A stretch of 41,891 bases of DNA from a virus (taxonomy: Duplodnaviria > Caudoviricetes). Location: positions 1 through 41,891 of IMG/VR virus record IMGVR_UViG_3300048850_000152, one strand, 5' to 3'. Below the pieces are notes generated by a model. The model was not told the origin of the DNA, made no database searches, and saw nothing but the letters and a program-made list of their open reading frames with translations. A program made the translations under genes and the position numbers. Of the stretch, positions 10,042 through 18,627 are shown one piece after another; within the stretch, counting starts at the first letter, position 1; the number at the start of each line of letters is the position of its first letter.

Positions 10042-11118
10042 ATGCGCAACACCACCCGTCTCGCCTTCAACTCCTATGTGAGCCAGATCGCGCTCCTCTC
10101 CAGCGTCCCCTCGGCCGCCGAGAAGTTCACCGTCGCCCCCTCGGTCGCGCAGAAGCTCGAGGAAAAGACCCAGGCCTCGAGCGAGTTCCTGTCGAAGATC
10201 AACTTCGTCACCGTTACCGAGCAGGAAGGCGAAAAGGTCGGCGTCGGCATCACCAGCACGATCGCTGGCCGCACCGACACGTCGAAGGGCGAGCGTCAGC
10301 CGATCGACCCGACCGGCCTGACCGCGACCCGTTACCGCTGCGAACAGACCAACTTCGACACGGCGATTTCCTACGCCAAGCTCGACGCCTGGGCCCACAA
10401 GCCCGAGTTCCAGACCATCGTCCGCGACGCGATCACGAAGCGCCAGGGCCTCGACCGCATGATTATCGGTTGGCACGGCACCCACGTCGCCAAGCAGACC
10501 GATCGCACCAAGTATCCGCTGCTGCAGGACGTCAACAAGGGCTGGATCCAGCACACGCGCGAGGACGCGCCGGCGCGCATCCTGAGCGACGGCAAGCACA
10601 GCGGCGACGCTGATGACGCGGGCCACGTGCCGGCAATCCACGTCTCTGCCAAGGGCACGGCAGATTACGTCAACCTCGACGCGCTGGTGTTCGACGCGCT
10701 GCAGCTGCTCGACGAACAGCACCGTCGTCGCACCGACCTGGTCGTGTTCGTTTCCGACGAGCTGGTGCACGATAAGAAGTTCGCGCTGGTGAACGCCGCC
10801 GGCGACACCGCCACCGAGCAGCTCGCCCGCGACGTGCTGCTGCTGCAGGACAAGATCGGCGGCAAGCTGGCCGCGGTGGTGCCGAACTTTCCTGCCGGCA
10901 CCGTCGTCATCACGACCTACGACAACCTGTCGATCTACAACCAGGCCGGCACTCGTCGCCGCGCCGTGATCGACAATCCCAAGCGCGACCAGGTCGAGAA
11001 CTTCGAGAGCGTGAACGAAGATTATGTCGTCGAGGATTACGGCCTGATCGCGATCTACGAGAACATCGTCATGGAGGAAGCGGCAGCCGCCGAGGCTGAC
11101 GCCGAAGCCGGCGCCTAA
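10042..11118 (+). CDS. gpN: Major capsid protein, P2 gpN
   Basis: MRNTTRLAFNSY, FTVAPSVAQKLE, YRCEQTNFDT, LLQDVNKGW, ESVNEDYVVEDY. Confidence 0.96.
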   Translation: MRNTTRLAFNSYVSQIALLSSVPSAAEKFTVAPSVAQKLEEKTQASSEFLSKINFVTVTEQEGEKVGVGITSTIAGRTDTSKGERQPIDPTGLTATRYRCEQTNFDTAISYAKLDAWAHKPEFQTIVRDAITKRQGLDRMIIGWHGTHVAKQTDRTKYPLLQDVNKGWIQHTREDAPARILSDGKHSGDADDAGHVPAIHVSAKGTADYVNLDALVFDALQLLDEQHRRRTDLVVFVSDELVHDKKFALVNAAGDTATEQLARDVLLLQDKIGGKLAAVVPNFPAGTVVITTYDNLSIYNQAGTRRRAVIDNPKRDQVENFESVNEDYVVEDYGLIAIYENIVMEEAAAAEADAEAGA

Positions 11119-11160
11119 CGCCACCTCCCCGAAATTGCCCGCCGTTCCGAGGAACCCGCA

Positions 11161-11934
11161 ATGAGCCTCGCTCGCACGCACCAGGCCCGTGTCCTGGCTA
11201 AGCAAATCGCCGCGGCTGTTCCTTCGAGCGGCGGGCACGCACCCGCGCGGTCGACCGTTCCCCTTCCGGTCGACCGCGCGGCCACTACCATGGCTCGCCA
11301 GATCGGGCTGCGCCTGACGCACGATCTGCGCCGGCTCAAGGAGATCAAGTCGGTCGCCGACAAGATCGCGGCCAAGCGCGAGATGCTGCCGGAATATGCC
11401 GCCTGGGTCGAAGGCCTGCTCGCCGGCTCGGCCGAGGCAGGCGCCGGGATCTCGGGCGAGGTTCTGCCCACCGTCATGATCTGGCGCATCGACGTGGGCG
11501 ACTATGCCGGCGCGCTGTCACTCGCCGAGCATGTGCTGCGCCACCGCGTCGCGCTGCCGACCCGCTACGAGCGCGACGCACCGACGCTGATCGTCGAGGA
11601 GATTGCCGAAGCCGCCATCAAGGCGCAAGCCGCCGGCGAACCCTTCGACTTGGCCGTGCTCGAGCGTGTCGAGGCGCTGGTCGACGGTATCGACATGTAC
11701 GACCAGGTCCGCGCCAAGCTGATGAAGGCGATCGGCTGCGAACTGGACCGCACCGCGCGGCACCCGGCGAACGCCGACACCTACACGCTGGCGCTGCAGC
11801 AGCGCGCACTCGTTGCGCTCGAGGCAGCTCAGAAGCTCAACGACCGCGTCGGCGTGAAAACCACCATTCGCACCATCAAGAAGGCGCTGGCGGCAGCCGC
11901 GCCGCAACCCGATCCCGCCGGCACCACCGGCTGA
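11161..11934 (+). CDS. gpM: Terminase endonuclease subunit, P2 gpM
   Basis: DLRRLKEIKS...KREMLPEY, VMIWRIDVGDY, DQVRAKLMKAIG, GVKTTI. Confidence 0.93.
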   Translation: MSLARTHQARVLAKQIAAAVPSSGGHAPARSTVPLPVDRAATTMARQIGLRLTHDLRRLKEIKSVADKIAAKREMLPEYAAWVEGLLAGSAEAGAGISGEVLPTVMIWRIDVGDYAGALSLAEHVLRHRVALPTRYERDAPTLIVEEIAEAAIKAQAAGEPFDLAVLERVEALVDGIDMYDQVRAKLMKAIGCELDRTARHPANADTYTLALQQRALVALEAAQKLNDRVGVKTTIRTIKKALAAAAPQPDPAGTTG

Positions 11935-12046
11935 ACCAAGCTCGCCCCCGGCGCTCGGGGACGGATCGCAAGACGCGGGAGGGCCTTCGGGCTGAGGGCC
12001 GCGCTCCTCCGATCCCCACCCCCGAAAACATCGGAGATCCACGGCC

Positions 12047-12520
12047 ATGGCCGGTTTCAGTTTCAACGGCCCCAGCGACAGCGACGCCGCCCCGGCGCAC
12101 GTCACCAATGATGGATGGCTCCCCGACGTGGATTCTGCCGCCGTGAAAGACGAGCAGCGGATCCCGGACGGCATCACCGCGCCGCGTCTACGCGCCGCCA
12201 TCGTCGCCGCCATCATCACCATAGGCAACGAGCTGGCGGCCTGGAAGGCGCAGCAGCTCGCCGCCGGCTATACCAGCCTCGCTGCCGTGCCTGCGCCCAA
12301 GATCGACGGCCAGAGCCGCTATGTGCTGCTCTACCAGCGCGCGGTCGCCGCCTATGCGAAGGCCGACCTGGTCGAGCGCTATCGCGACGTCGACTTCACC
12401 GGCGCGGGCCAGCGCGATGCCGACGCGGTGCAGCCGTCGATCGGCGAGCTGCGCCGCGATGCCATCCATGCCGTGCGCGACATTCTCGGCCGCGCGCGCA
12501 CCGACGTCGAGCTGATCTGA
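12047..12520 (+). CDS. gpL: Head completion/stabilization protein gpL
   Basis: NDGWLPDV, YQRAV...KADLVERYRDVD, C-terminal VELI. Confidence 0.92.
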   Translation: MAGFSFNGPSDSDAAPAHVTNDGWLPDVDSAAVKDEQRIPDGITAPRLRAAIVAAIITIGNELAAWKAQQLAAGYTSLAAVPAPKIDGQSRYVLLYQRAVAAYAKADLVERYRDVDFTGAGQRDADAVQPSIGELRRDAIHAVRDILGRARTDVELI

Positions 12521-12735
12521 TGGCCGACACGCTCCACGCGCAGCAGGGCGACACGCTCGACCTGCTGTTGCACCGCGACTGCGGTCTCGGCCCCGAGGCG
12601 ATCAACACCGTGCTCGAGGCGAACCCTGGCCTAGCCGCGCTCGGCCCGGTGCTCCCGGTCGGCACGCCCGTGCTGGTCCCCAGCGTCGCCATTGCGGCGC
12701 CCGCCACCGTCAAACTCCTCCAGCTGTGGGACTGA
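12520..12735 (+). CDS. gpX: Tail protein X (LysM-like)
   Basis: AQQGDTLD...VLEANPGLA..GPVLPVGT...QLWD. Confidence 0.92.
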   Translation: MADTLHAQQGDTLDLLLHRDCGLGPEAINTVLEANPGLAALGPVLPVGTPVLVPSVAIAAPATVKLLQLWD

Positions 12736-12739
12736 CCGC

Positions 12740-13084
12740 ATGAAGATCCCGCACGAATGGCTTGAGATCGCGCAGACGTTCGTTGTCGGCCTCGCGCCTG
12801 GGGCGATCGGCTCGGCCGTTGGCCTAGCACATGAGAAGGGGCTCAGCTGGGCGGAACGCTTCACCCAGCTCGCGGCCGGCACCGTCGTGTCCTTTTTCGT
12901 CACCCGCGCGCTCGGCGCCACCGTCGATCTGAACCCCTTCGTGCTGCAGGGCATCGGCTTCACCGCTGGGATGATCGCCTACAAGTCGACCCCGCGCTTC
13001 ATTGCTGCCGCGGCCGACGTCGCCGGCGGCCTGCCCGCGGCGCTCCGCGACCGCTTCCTCCCCGCCCGAAAGGATCCGAAGTGA
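12740..13084 (+). CDS. Putative holin
   Basis: Small protein with about three hydrophobic segments directly before the lysozyme, at the P2 gene Y position. Confidence 0.7.
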   Translation: MKIPHEWLEIAQTFVVGLAPGAIGSAVGLAHEKGLSWAERFTQLAAGTVVSFFVTRALGATVDLNPFVLQGIGFTAGMIAYKSTPRFIAAAADVAGGLPAALRDRFLPARKDPK

Positions 13085-13587
13085 GCGACACCGCCACCCG
13101 AGCGCCCGCGCGCCTGACCCGCACCATTGCCGCGATCGGCCTTGCGGCCGCCGCGATCGTCGCGCCGTTCGTCTCCAGCTGGGAGAGCGGCGCCAAGGAG
13201 CATCTGGTCGCCTATCGCGACATCGTCGGTGTCTGGACGATCTGCGACGGCGACACAACCAGCGTGAAGCCGGGAATGGTCGAGACGCCGGCGGGTTGCG
13301 AGGGCCGCTACGATCGCCAGCTTGCCGCACATGCCGCACCGGTGCTCGCCTGTACGCCGGGGCTCAAAGGCCACCCCAACCAGCTCGCGGCCGCCATCTC
13401 ACTCGCCTACAACATCGGCACCAACGGCTATTGCGGATCCACCGTCGCGCGCCGCTTCAACGCGGGCGACTGGTCGGGCGCCTGCGACGCCTTCCTGATG
13501 TGGAACAAGGCTGGCGGCCGCGTGGTGCGCGGGCTCACCAACCGCCGCCGTGCCGAGCGCGACCTCTGCCGAAAGGATCTGCCGTGA
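13081..13587 (+). CDS. Endolysin, GH24 phage lysozyme with SAR-like N-terminus
   Basis: WE...AYRDIVGVWTICDGDT, AYNIG, GLTNRRRAERDLC; Ala-rich hydrophobic N-terminus. Confidence 0.92.
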   Translation: MSDTATRAPARLTRTIAAIGLAAAAIVAPFVSSWESGAKEHLVAYRDIVGVWTICDGDTTSVKPGMVETPAGCEGRYDRQLAAHAAPVLACTPGLKGHPNQLAAAISLAYNIGTNGYCGSTVARRFNAGDWSGACDAFLMWNKAGGRVVRGLTNRRRAERDLCRKDLP

Positions 13588-14087
13588 GAAAGCTGTTCGC
13601 TGCGATCGGCGCGGCGCGTGAGTGGCTGACGCTGCTCGTCGTCGGCGCCGTGGCCGCCTGGATCTATGTGCAGTACGCGGAAACCCGCGCCGAGCGCGAC
13701 GCCCTGGTGCAATGGGCCGAGGTCACCTGCGCCGGCGCCGGCGCCCCGTTCGAAGGCTCGGCCGAGGACCGCGTCGACAGCAACGGCAAGGCGGTGAAGG
13801 TCACCTTCGAACGCGGCCAGCGCTGCCGCACCGCCGTCACCACCGCCGTTGCCTTCAAGGCGCGATCCGACCAGGAAACCGCCCAGCTGCTCGCCGATGC
13901 CATGCGCGCCCGCGAGACCAAGGCCGCCACCGACTCTGCCCTTGCCCGTACCGCCGCGGAGGCTGCGCGCGACGCCGCTCTGCGCATGGAGAACGCCGAT
14001 GCCGAAGCTTCCGCTACGAACCGCGTCGATCGCCCTTGGTTTGCTGCTCTCAACGACGTTGCCGGGCTGCGCGCGCCGCGCCGTTGA
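13584..14087 (+). CDS. Rz-like inner-membrane spanin
   Basis: GTG start overlapping the lysozyme stop; N-terminal TM segment, Ala-rich coiled coil. Confidence 0.7.
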   Translation: MRKLFAAIGAAREWLTLLVVGAVAAWIYVQYAETRAERDALVQWAEVTCAGAGAPFEGSAEDRVDSNGKAVKVTFERGQRCRTAVTTAVAFKARSDQETAQLLADAMRARETKAATDSALARTAAEAARDAALRMENADAEASATNRVDRPWFAALNDVAGLRAPRR

Positions 14088-14313
14088 GGTGCCGGTTGCG
14101 ACGCCGGTGCCGGTTGCGGTCCCGGTGAAGGACACCCCGCCCGCTCACCTGCTCGCCTGCCCAGAGGCCCCGGCCGGTTTCCCGCTCGATGCCGAGGCGC
14201 AGATGCCGGACGGCGTCCGTGCGGCCGCAATCCGTCTCGCCCGTGCCTTCCGCGCACGTGGCGACCAGCTGGTGCGGCTGATCCGCTGGCACGATCCGGA
14301 GGCGTGCCGGTGA
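13999..14313 (+). CDS. Rz1-like outer-membrane lipoprotein spanin
   Basis: Overlaps the Rz 3' end in another frame; signal peptide with lipobox LPGC; Pro-rich. Confidence 0.75.
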   Translation: MPKLPLRTASIALGLLLSTTLPGCARRAVEVPVATPVPVAVPVKDTPPAHLLACPEAPAGFPLDAEAQMPDGVRAAAIRLARAFRARGDQLVRLIRWHDPEACR

Positions 14314-14780
14314 AAAAACCGCACTCGCTGCGCCAGCACCTGCTTGCCAGCGTGCCCGCGCTCGCGGCCGATCCTACCAAGCTAGACCTGTTCGTCGACA
14401 AGGGGCGGCTCGTCTGCCGCCCCACCGCCTCGCTGTCGTTCGCCTATCGCTACAGCCTCAACATCGTCGCGCAGGACTATGCCGGCGACGTCAATGCGCT
14501 AATGGTGCCGCTGCTCACGTGGATCGCAGCCAACGAGCCGGATCTGCTCGCCAAGGATCCGCACGAGCCCTTCACCTTCGAGACCGAGATACTCGACGGC
14601 GACCGCGCCGACGTATCGATCGACCTCGAGCTGTCCGAGCGCGTGCGGATCCAGGGGGGTGCAATGGTCTACGTTCCCGACGCGCCGGTCGAAGACAGCT
14701 TCGGCGTGGCCGCACGCCTGGCGCAGATCGCGCTCACCGACGTGGCCGTGCCCGAAACCACGCTGGTGCCGCAGGCGTGA
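14304..14780 (+). CDS. gpR: Tail completion protein gpR
   Basis: KPHSLRQHL, LFVDKG, SLSFAYRYSL, DLELSERV; exact start (14304 or 14310) uncertain. Confidence 0.9.
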   Translation: MPVKKPHSLRQHLLASVPALAADPTKLDLFVDKGRLVCRPTASLSFAYRYSLNIVAQDYAGDVNALMVPLLTWIAANEPDLLAKDPHEPFTFETEILDGDRADVSIDLELSERVRIQGGAMVYVPDAPVEDSFGVAARLAQIALTDVAVPETTLVPQA

Positions 14781-15442
14781 ACCACGACCTCGAGGAGGTA
14801 GAGAGGCTGGCCGGCGCGCTTCTGCGCAGCCTTTCGCCTGCCGAGCGTCGCCGCGCGTTGCGCCGGGTTTCGCGCGCCCTGCAGAAGTCACAGCGCGACC
14901 GCATCGCCCGCCAGAGAAATCCCGATGGCAGCGCGTTTGCGGAGCGCAAGGAGCTGCCAGAGCCCCGACGGGGCAATCATGCGGTTAAGTTCCTCTACCC
15001 GAAAGGCTCCAACGAACCCCGCCTGGTCACCATGAAGAGCTGGGTGCACGACGGCCCGCTGCTGACCGGCTTCGACATCGAAGCGGGCGGAATGCGAAGC
15101 TTCTTCTGGGACAAGGTCGATCGCTGGCTGCCGGTGCCCGCCGAGGAACAGAACAAGGGAGCGGGCAAGCTTCGTCGCAACGGGCACATTCGTCGCAAGG
15201 CGATGTTCCGCAAGCTACGTGGCACTGACGTCCTGAAGGCGGGCTCGACCGACACAGAAGCTTGGGTCGGGTTCGCGGGGCAGGCGTCGCGCGTCGCCAG
15301 CATCCACCAGGAAGGAGGCATGGATCGTCCGTCGCTGAAGTCGAAGGCGGTTCGCTACGCCAAGCGCTCGCTTCTCGGGGTGACGGAGGCCGACCGCACA
15401 CGGATCCTCGATCTGCTTTTCGGGCAGCTCGCCTCCGGTTAG
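14777..15442 (+). CDS. gpS: Virion morphogenesis/tail completion protein gpS
   Basis: RIARQRNPDGSAF, AMFRKLR, RVASIHQEG, YAKRSLLG. Confidence 0.9.
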   Translation: MNHDLEEVERLAGALLRSLSPAERRRALRRVSRALQKSQRDRIARQRNPDGSAFAERKELPEPRRGNHAVKFLYPKGSNEPRLVTMKSWVHDGPLLTGFDIEAGGMRSFFWDKVDRWLPVPAEEQNKGAGKLRRNGHIRRKAMFRKLRGTDVLKAGSTDTEAWVGFAGQASRVASIHQEGGMDRPSLKSKAVRYAKRSLLGVTEADRTRILDLLFGQLASG

Positions 15443-15511
15443 GTCGTGAACCCATAAACGACCGCTCCTAGATCGAGCGCTGAACTGCCGATTGTGGGCG
15501 ATAGCGGACGT

Positions 15512-15886
15512 TCAGCCTAGGCGTTGCGGCGGCTGATTGTAGATTTCGAACTGTAGGGCGGCGAGGTCAAGATCGTGTGTGCTTTCGGGCCCCCACGCGA
15601 AGCCTTCCAGCATGTGCAACCTGCCGCCTTTAATAAAGAGAACGAAGCCGAAGCCGTGCTCTAGGCCGCAGATGCGGGCCTGCGTGGCATAGCCCAGCAC
15701 TGGCGGGCTATTCACAGCGGGAGCATCGTCCGCGACGGTGATCGTCGTGAAGAATCCACCGCCACTGTTCTCGCGGTCGGCTACGACCGACGCGTCAAGC
15801 TGTCGTTCGAGCGGTAGCGCAAGCTCCGGCGTCTCTAAAAAGATGGCTCGAAGTGCCGCCACCTCCAGTTCGGTGAACTCAGTCAT
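15512..15886 (-). CDS. Cassette 1: hypothetical protein (124 aa)
   Basis: MTEFTELE...RENSGGGFF...GLEHGFGFVLFIKGGRLHMLEG; stop overlaps the repeat at 15482. Confidence 0.8.
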   Translation of the reverse strand: MTEFTELEVAALRAIFLETPELALPLERQLDASVVADRENSGGGFFTTITVADDAPAVNSPPVLGYATQARICGLEHGFGFVLFIKGGRLHMLEGFAWGPESTHDLDLAALQFEIYNQPPQRLG

Positions 15887-15936
15887 AACCGCTCGGTAGC
15901 ACAACCGCCGAGCATCCGAACGTCTGCAATTGGTGG

Positions 15937-16209
15937 TTAGCGGACGTTCCGACGCGCCAGGTAGCTCTGCTGCTCGACCGCATCTTCGTCGGTGTAGACA
16001 ATGTCTTCGATGCCGCCAGCGTCATATGTGCCGAGGCCGCGCCGGTCGTATTGAAGCTGCATAGCGTGATGCCAAGATGCCGCATAAATGCAGAAAATGA
16101 GGTGGCCGTCAGGCACCACGGTGGGCCGGATCGCATCGCTGCGCTCGCGAACGATGCTGAACTCGGCTCCGTCTTCGCCTTCCCAATATTCATGAACCAG
16201 CTTTGCCAT
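15937..16209 (-). CDS. Cassette 2: hypothetical protein (90 aa)
   Basis: Ends ...NVR-TAA, encoded by the repeat arm. Confidence 0.75.
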   Translation of the reverse strand: MAKLVHEYWEGEDGAEFSIVRERSDAIRPTVVPDGHLIFCIYAASWHHAMQLQYDRRGLGTYDAGGIEDIVYTDEDAVEQQSYLARRNVR

Positions 16210-16251
16210 GCCGCCTTTTACAGCGCCTCGGCCACGTCCGCTATTGGGTGG

Positions 16252-16467
16252 TTAGCGGACGTTCGTGACGAGCCAGCGAACCGTCCTAAACAGCGCTCCG
16301 ACGCCATATATAACGACGGCAGCAATGGCGAAGATCAGGCCGAGCAGATATACCGGCACAAACGCCTCTGCGTCCGTGATGCCCCCAACCAAACCGATCC
16401 CGCACACGATGGCAATCAGGAGCGGTGCGAAACCAAACAGCAGGAGTTCGAGCCCGATCTTTTTCAT
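16252..16467 (-). CDS. Cassette 3: small two-TM membrane protein (71 aa)
   Basis: MKKIGLELLLFGFAPLL...; ends NVR-TAA in the repeat arm. Confidence 0.7.
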   Translation of the reverse strand: MKKIGLELLLFGFAPLLIAIVCGIGLVGGITDAEAFVPVYLLGLIFAIAAVVIYGVGALFRTVRWLVTNVR

Positions 16468-16653
16468 TGTTGGAAACGTAGATCGTCGGCTCGAATGTCC
16501 GCAAGTGGGCGTTACCTGCCGTCGCGGTTCAGGGGTATTGGCGGGGTACAGCTCAGCGGTTGCGGCTCTCAGACCCAAGCTTTCCGCGGTCTCTGCTTGA
16601 GCGCGGCGGAGGGTCTCTCCGTCGCGAATGTTCAGAAGTGTTAGAAGGGAACG

Positions 16654-16851
16654 CTAGGAGCGTGTGATTGCCGCGCCTGCTGAGATGCAGGCGAACAGTA
16701 ACCATGTCCCCGCTGAAACCCAGAAGATCACCGGACTCTCGTCTCTACGATAGGCGCTGTAGTGCGCCCAGATCCTGCCGGTCTTTAGCCCCCCAACAAG
16801 CATCGATATTGCGAAGATGGTGAGAAGGACGAAAAGCAAGCGATCGCTCAT
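16654..16851 (-). CDS. Cassette 4: small two-TM membrane protein (65 aa)
   Basis: MSDRLLFVLL...GRIW...YRRDESPVIFW...; stop lies in a degenerate repeat. Confidence 0.7.
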   Translation of the reverse strand: MSDRLLFVLLTIFAISMLVGGLKTGRIWAHYSAYRRDESPVIFWVSAGTWLLFACISAGAAITRS

Positions 16852-16988
16852 ACGGCGTCCTAGCCTTTGCCAGCGAGCGTCTACAAGTGGGTGATTGTGG
16901 ACGGGCCGCTTTTGGCATCCCCGTTCGGCAATCGGAGCGTCTGGAAGTGGTGGTGAGCGGAACGGCCGCACTTGGTGCAAAGCGCGAG

Positions 16989-17396
16989 TTAGGCGCCGTT
17001 CCCCGCCTGCTCATATTGAAGACCTTGCGGGGTGTCGGCCATCGTCTGCAATCGGCCGGCGCCCAAGTAGATCAAGTAGCAGTTCCCGGCCGTGGAGAAA
17101 CGCCGTCCCACCTCCGTGCTCGGGCATCGGTTCTGTACTCGTCGTAGCGCGTCACCGGACAGAGAGTAGGATCGCGTGCCGTCGGTGATACGAAGTGCTC
17201 TGATGTCCTGTATCCAGTGGGCTCTTGCTAGCGCCATAGCTTTGCCCGCCGAAACAGGGAAAGCAGACGACCAATGGCCGTAGTCGCGATGAAGATACTG
17301 CACCATTAACTGCGATTGCGTTCGATTATCCACTACGGTGGGCCAAGCGTCACAGGCCGCGAGCAGTGGTAGGAGCAGACAGACAAACGACCGCAT
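16989..17396 (-). CDS. Cassette 5: lipoprotein (135 aa)
   Basis: MRSFVCLLLPLLAAC lipobox; stop lies in the repeat at 16960. Confidence 0.75.
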   Translation of the reverse strand: MRSFVCLLLPLLAACDAWPTVVDNRTQSQLMVQYLHRDYGHWSSAFPVSAGKAMALARAHWIQDIRALRITDGTRSYSLSGDALRRVQNRCPSTEVGRRFSTAGNCYLIYLGAGRLQTMADTPQGLQYEQAGNGA

Positions 17397-17531
17397 GCGA
17401 TTAGCGTATGAGGCCGCGTGAACGGCCGCAAGTGGGCGAAAGCGGACATCCGCGCCTGCGCTGCCGCGAGTGTCCGGTTCTTGGTGGGAAGCGGACATGG
17501 CTCCGGAGCGCACCAACGACTAAGGTAGGAC

Positions 17532-17699
17532 ATGGCCGACGATCAAGCGCGCAACTTCTACCTGTCCATGCTGAACGCCATGGAGGGGCTTCAAGACGAT
17601 CTAGACGCCAACGCGGCACCCGAGACAGCGAAGGCCCTGTTGGACGAGCTAATTGAAGAATGCCGCTCGGATTTCAGGGTGCGATTTGATGTGGGCTAG
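17532..17699 (+). CDS. Cassette 6: small acidic helical protein (55 aa), opposite orientation
   Basis: AAGGTAGGA RBS; MADDQARNFYLSMLNAMEGLQDDLDANAAPETAKALLDELIEECRSDFRVRFDVG (hand-translated). Confidence 0.6.
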   Translation: MADDQARNFYLSMLNAMEGLQDDLDANAAPETAKALLDELIEECRSDFRVRFDVG

Positions 17700-17751
17700 G
17701 TTGGCCGCTGAACGTCTGATTGTGGGCGTTTCCTGCGTCCGAGATTGGTGG

Positions 17752-18126
17752 TTAACTGCCGTTCGCGCTACCAGCCACTTGGGTGCTCGCAGCGGTCGCC
17801 GCTTGCCTTACGCGCGACCAAAGTGGATGCGTTACGAAGTGGCTATCGTCAGCGTCGCCCGCGGCATCCAAGACGGCGCCGAGGGCATCCTTCAAGGCAC
17901 CGATCAACCGGACTTCCATCGCACCGGTAAGCGTGTCGCCGATCGCGCCATCATCAAAGTCGTTGTCATCAAAGAAGAAGTGGAACACCTCATCAATGCC
18001 GGATGCCAATCCGCTCTCGCGCTCGGCCCGCCACATCGTTCGAGGGTCAGCTGCTTGAAGCTCTGAAAGGTAAGCCTGCAATTGACGGCGCACGTGCGGC
18101 TGTGACAGGGCGGGTGCATCGATCAT
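17752..18126 (-). CDS. Cassette 7: SCO4402-like (immunity-protein-like) protein (124 aa)
   Basis: DEVFHFFFDD...IGDTL...E...HPLWSRVRQAA resembles the SCO4402 family (from recall); ends NGS-TAA in the repeat arm. Confidence 0.7.
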   Translation of the reverse strand: MIDAPALSQPHVRRQLQAYLSELQAADPRTMWRAERESGLASGIDEVFHFFFDDNDFDDGAIGDTLTGAMEVRLIGALKDALGAVLDAAGDADDSHFVTHPLWSRVRQAATAASTQVAGSANGS

Positions 18127-18222
18127 TTTGCGATGATCGCGCCTAGTCGGCACGTCCGCAAGTGGGCGATTGCCGAAGGCTGCTGTTGGCTCGATCACGC
18201 CAATCAGACGCACCTCTCCGGC

Positions 18223-18627
18223 TTATCTCGTCCTTGGGCGAGCCAAGCGCAAAGCGAGGAGCAGGCGATGGGCGTGCATGGACACCAGATAGAACAAGCT
18301 CGACGCGATGGCTGAAATGCCAGCCCACTTCATGAAAGCTGCGTCCGTCATTATTGCGCAGGAAGCGACCACGACCAAAGGACCTGTGATTGCGAATGCA
18401 ATTGGGTGACGATCTATCCAATGGCCACATAACGCGATCACTAGAGCCAAAGCGATCATCCATGGGAGCGACAGCAGCCCACCAAGAAACAGGCCTAGGG
18501 CCGCTCCATTTAAGTTGAAGCCGGACGTCGTACCGATTGTCCCTGCGACACCCGTCACGCAGAGCCCGACGCAATGCGCTGCGAGCACTCGCAGGGCTAT
18601 CCTCGTTTCGATGTCGGCCCGCGCCAT
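18223..18627 (-). CDS. Cassette 8: four-TM membrane protein (134 aa)
   Basis: Four hydrophobic segments; lies between the repeats at 18150 and 18660. Confidence 0.7.
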   Translation of the reverse strand: MARADIETRIALRVLAAHCVGLCVTGVAGTIGTTSGFNLNGAALGLFLGGLLSLPWMIALALVIALCGHWIDRHPIAFAITGPLVVVASCAIMTDAAFMKWAGISAIASSLFYLVSMHAHRLLLALRLARPRTR

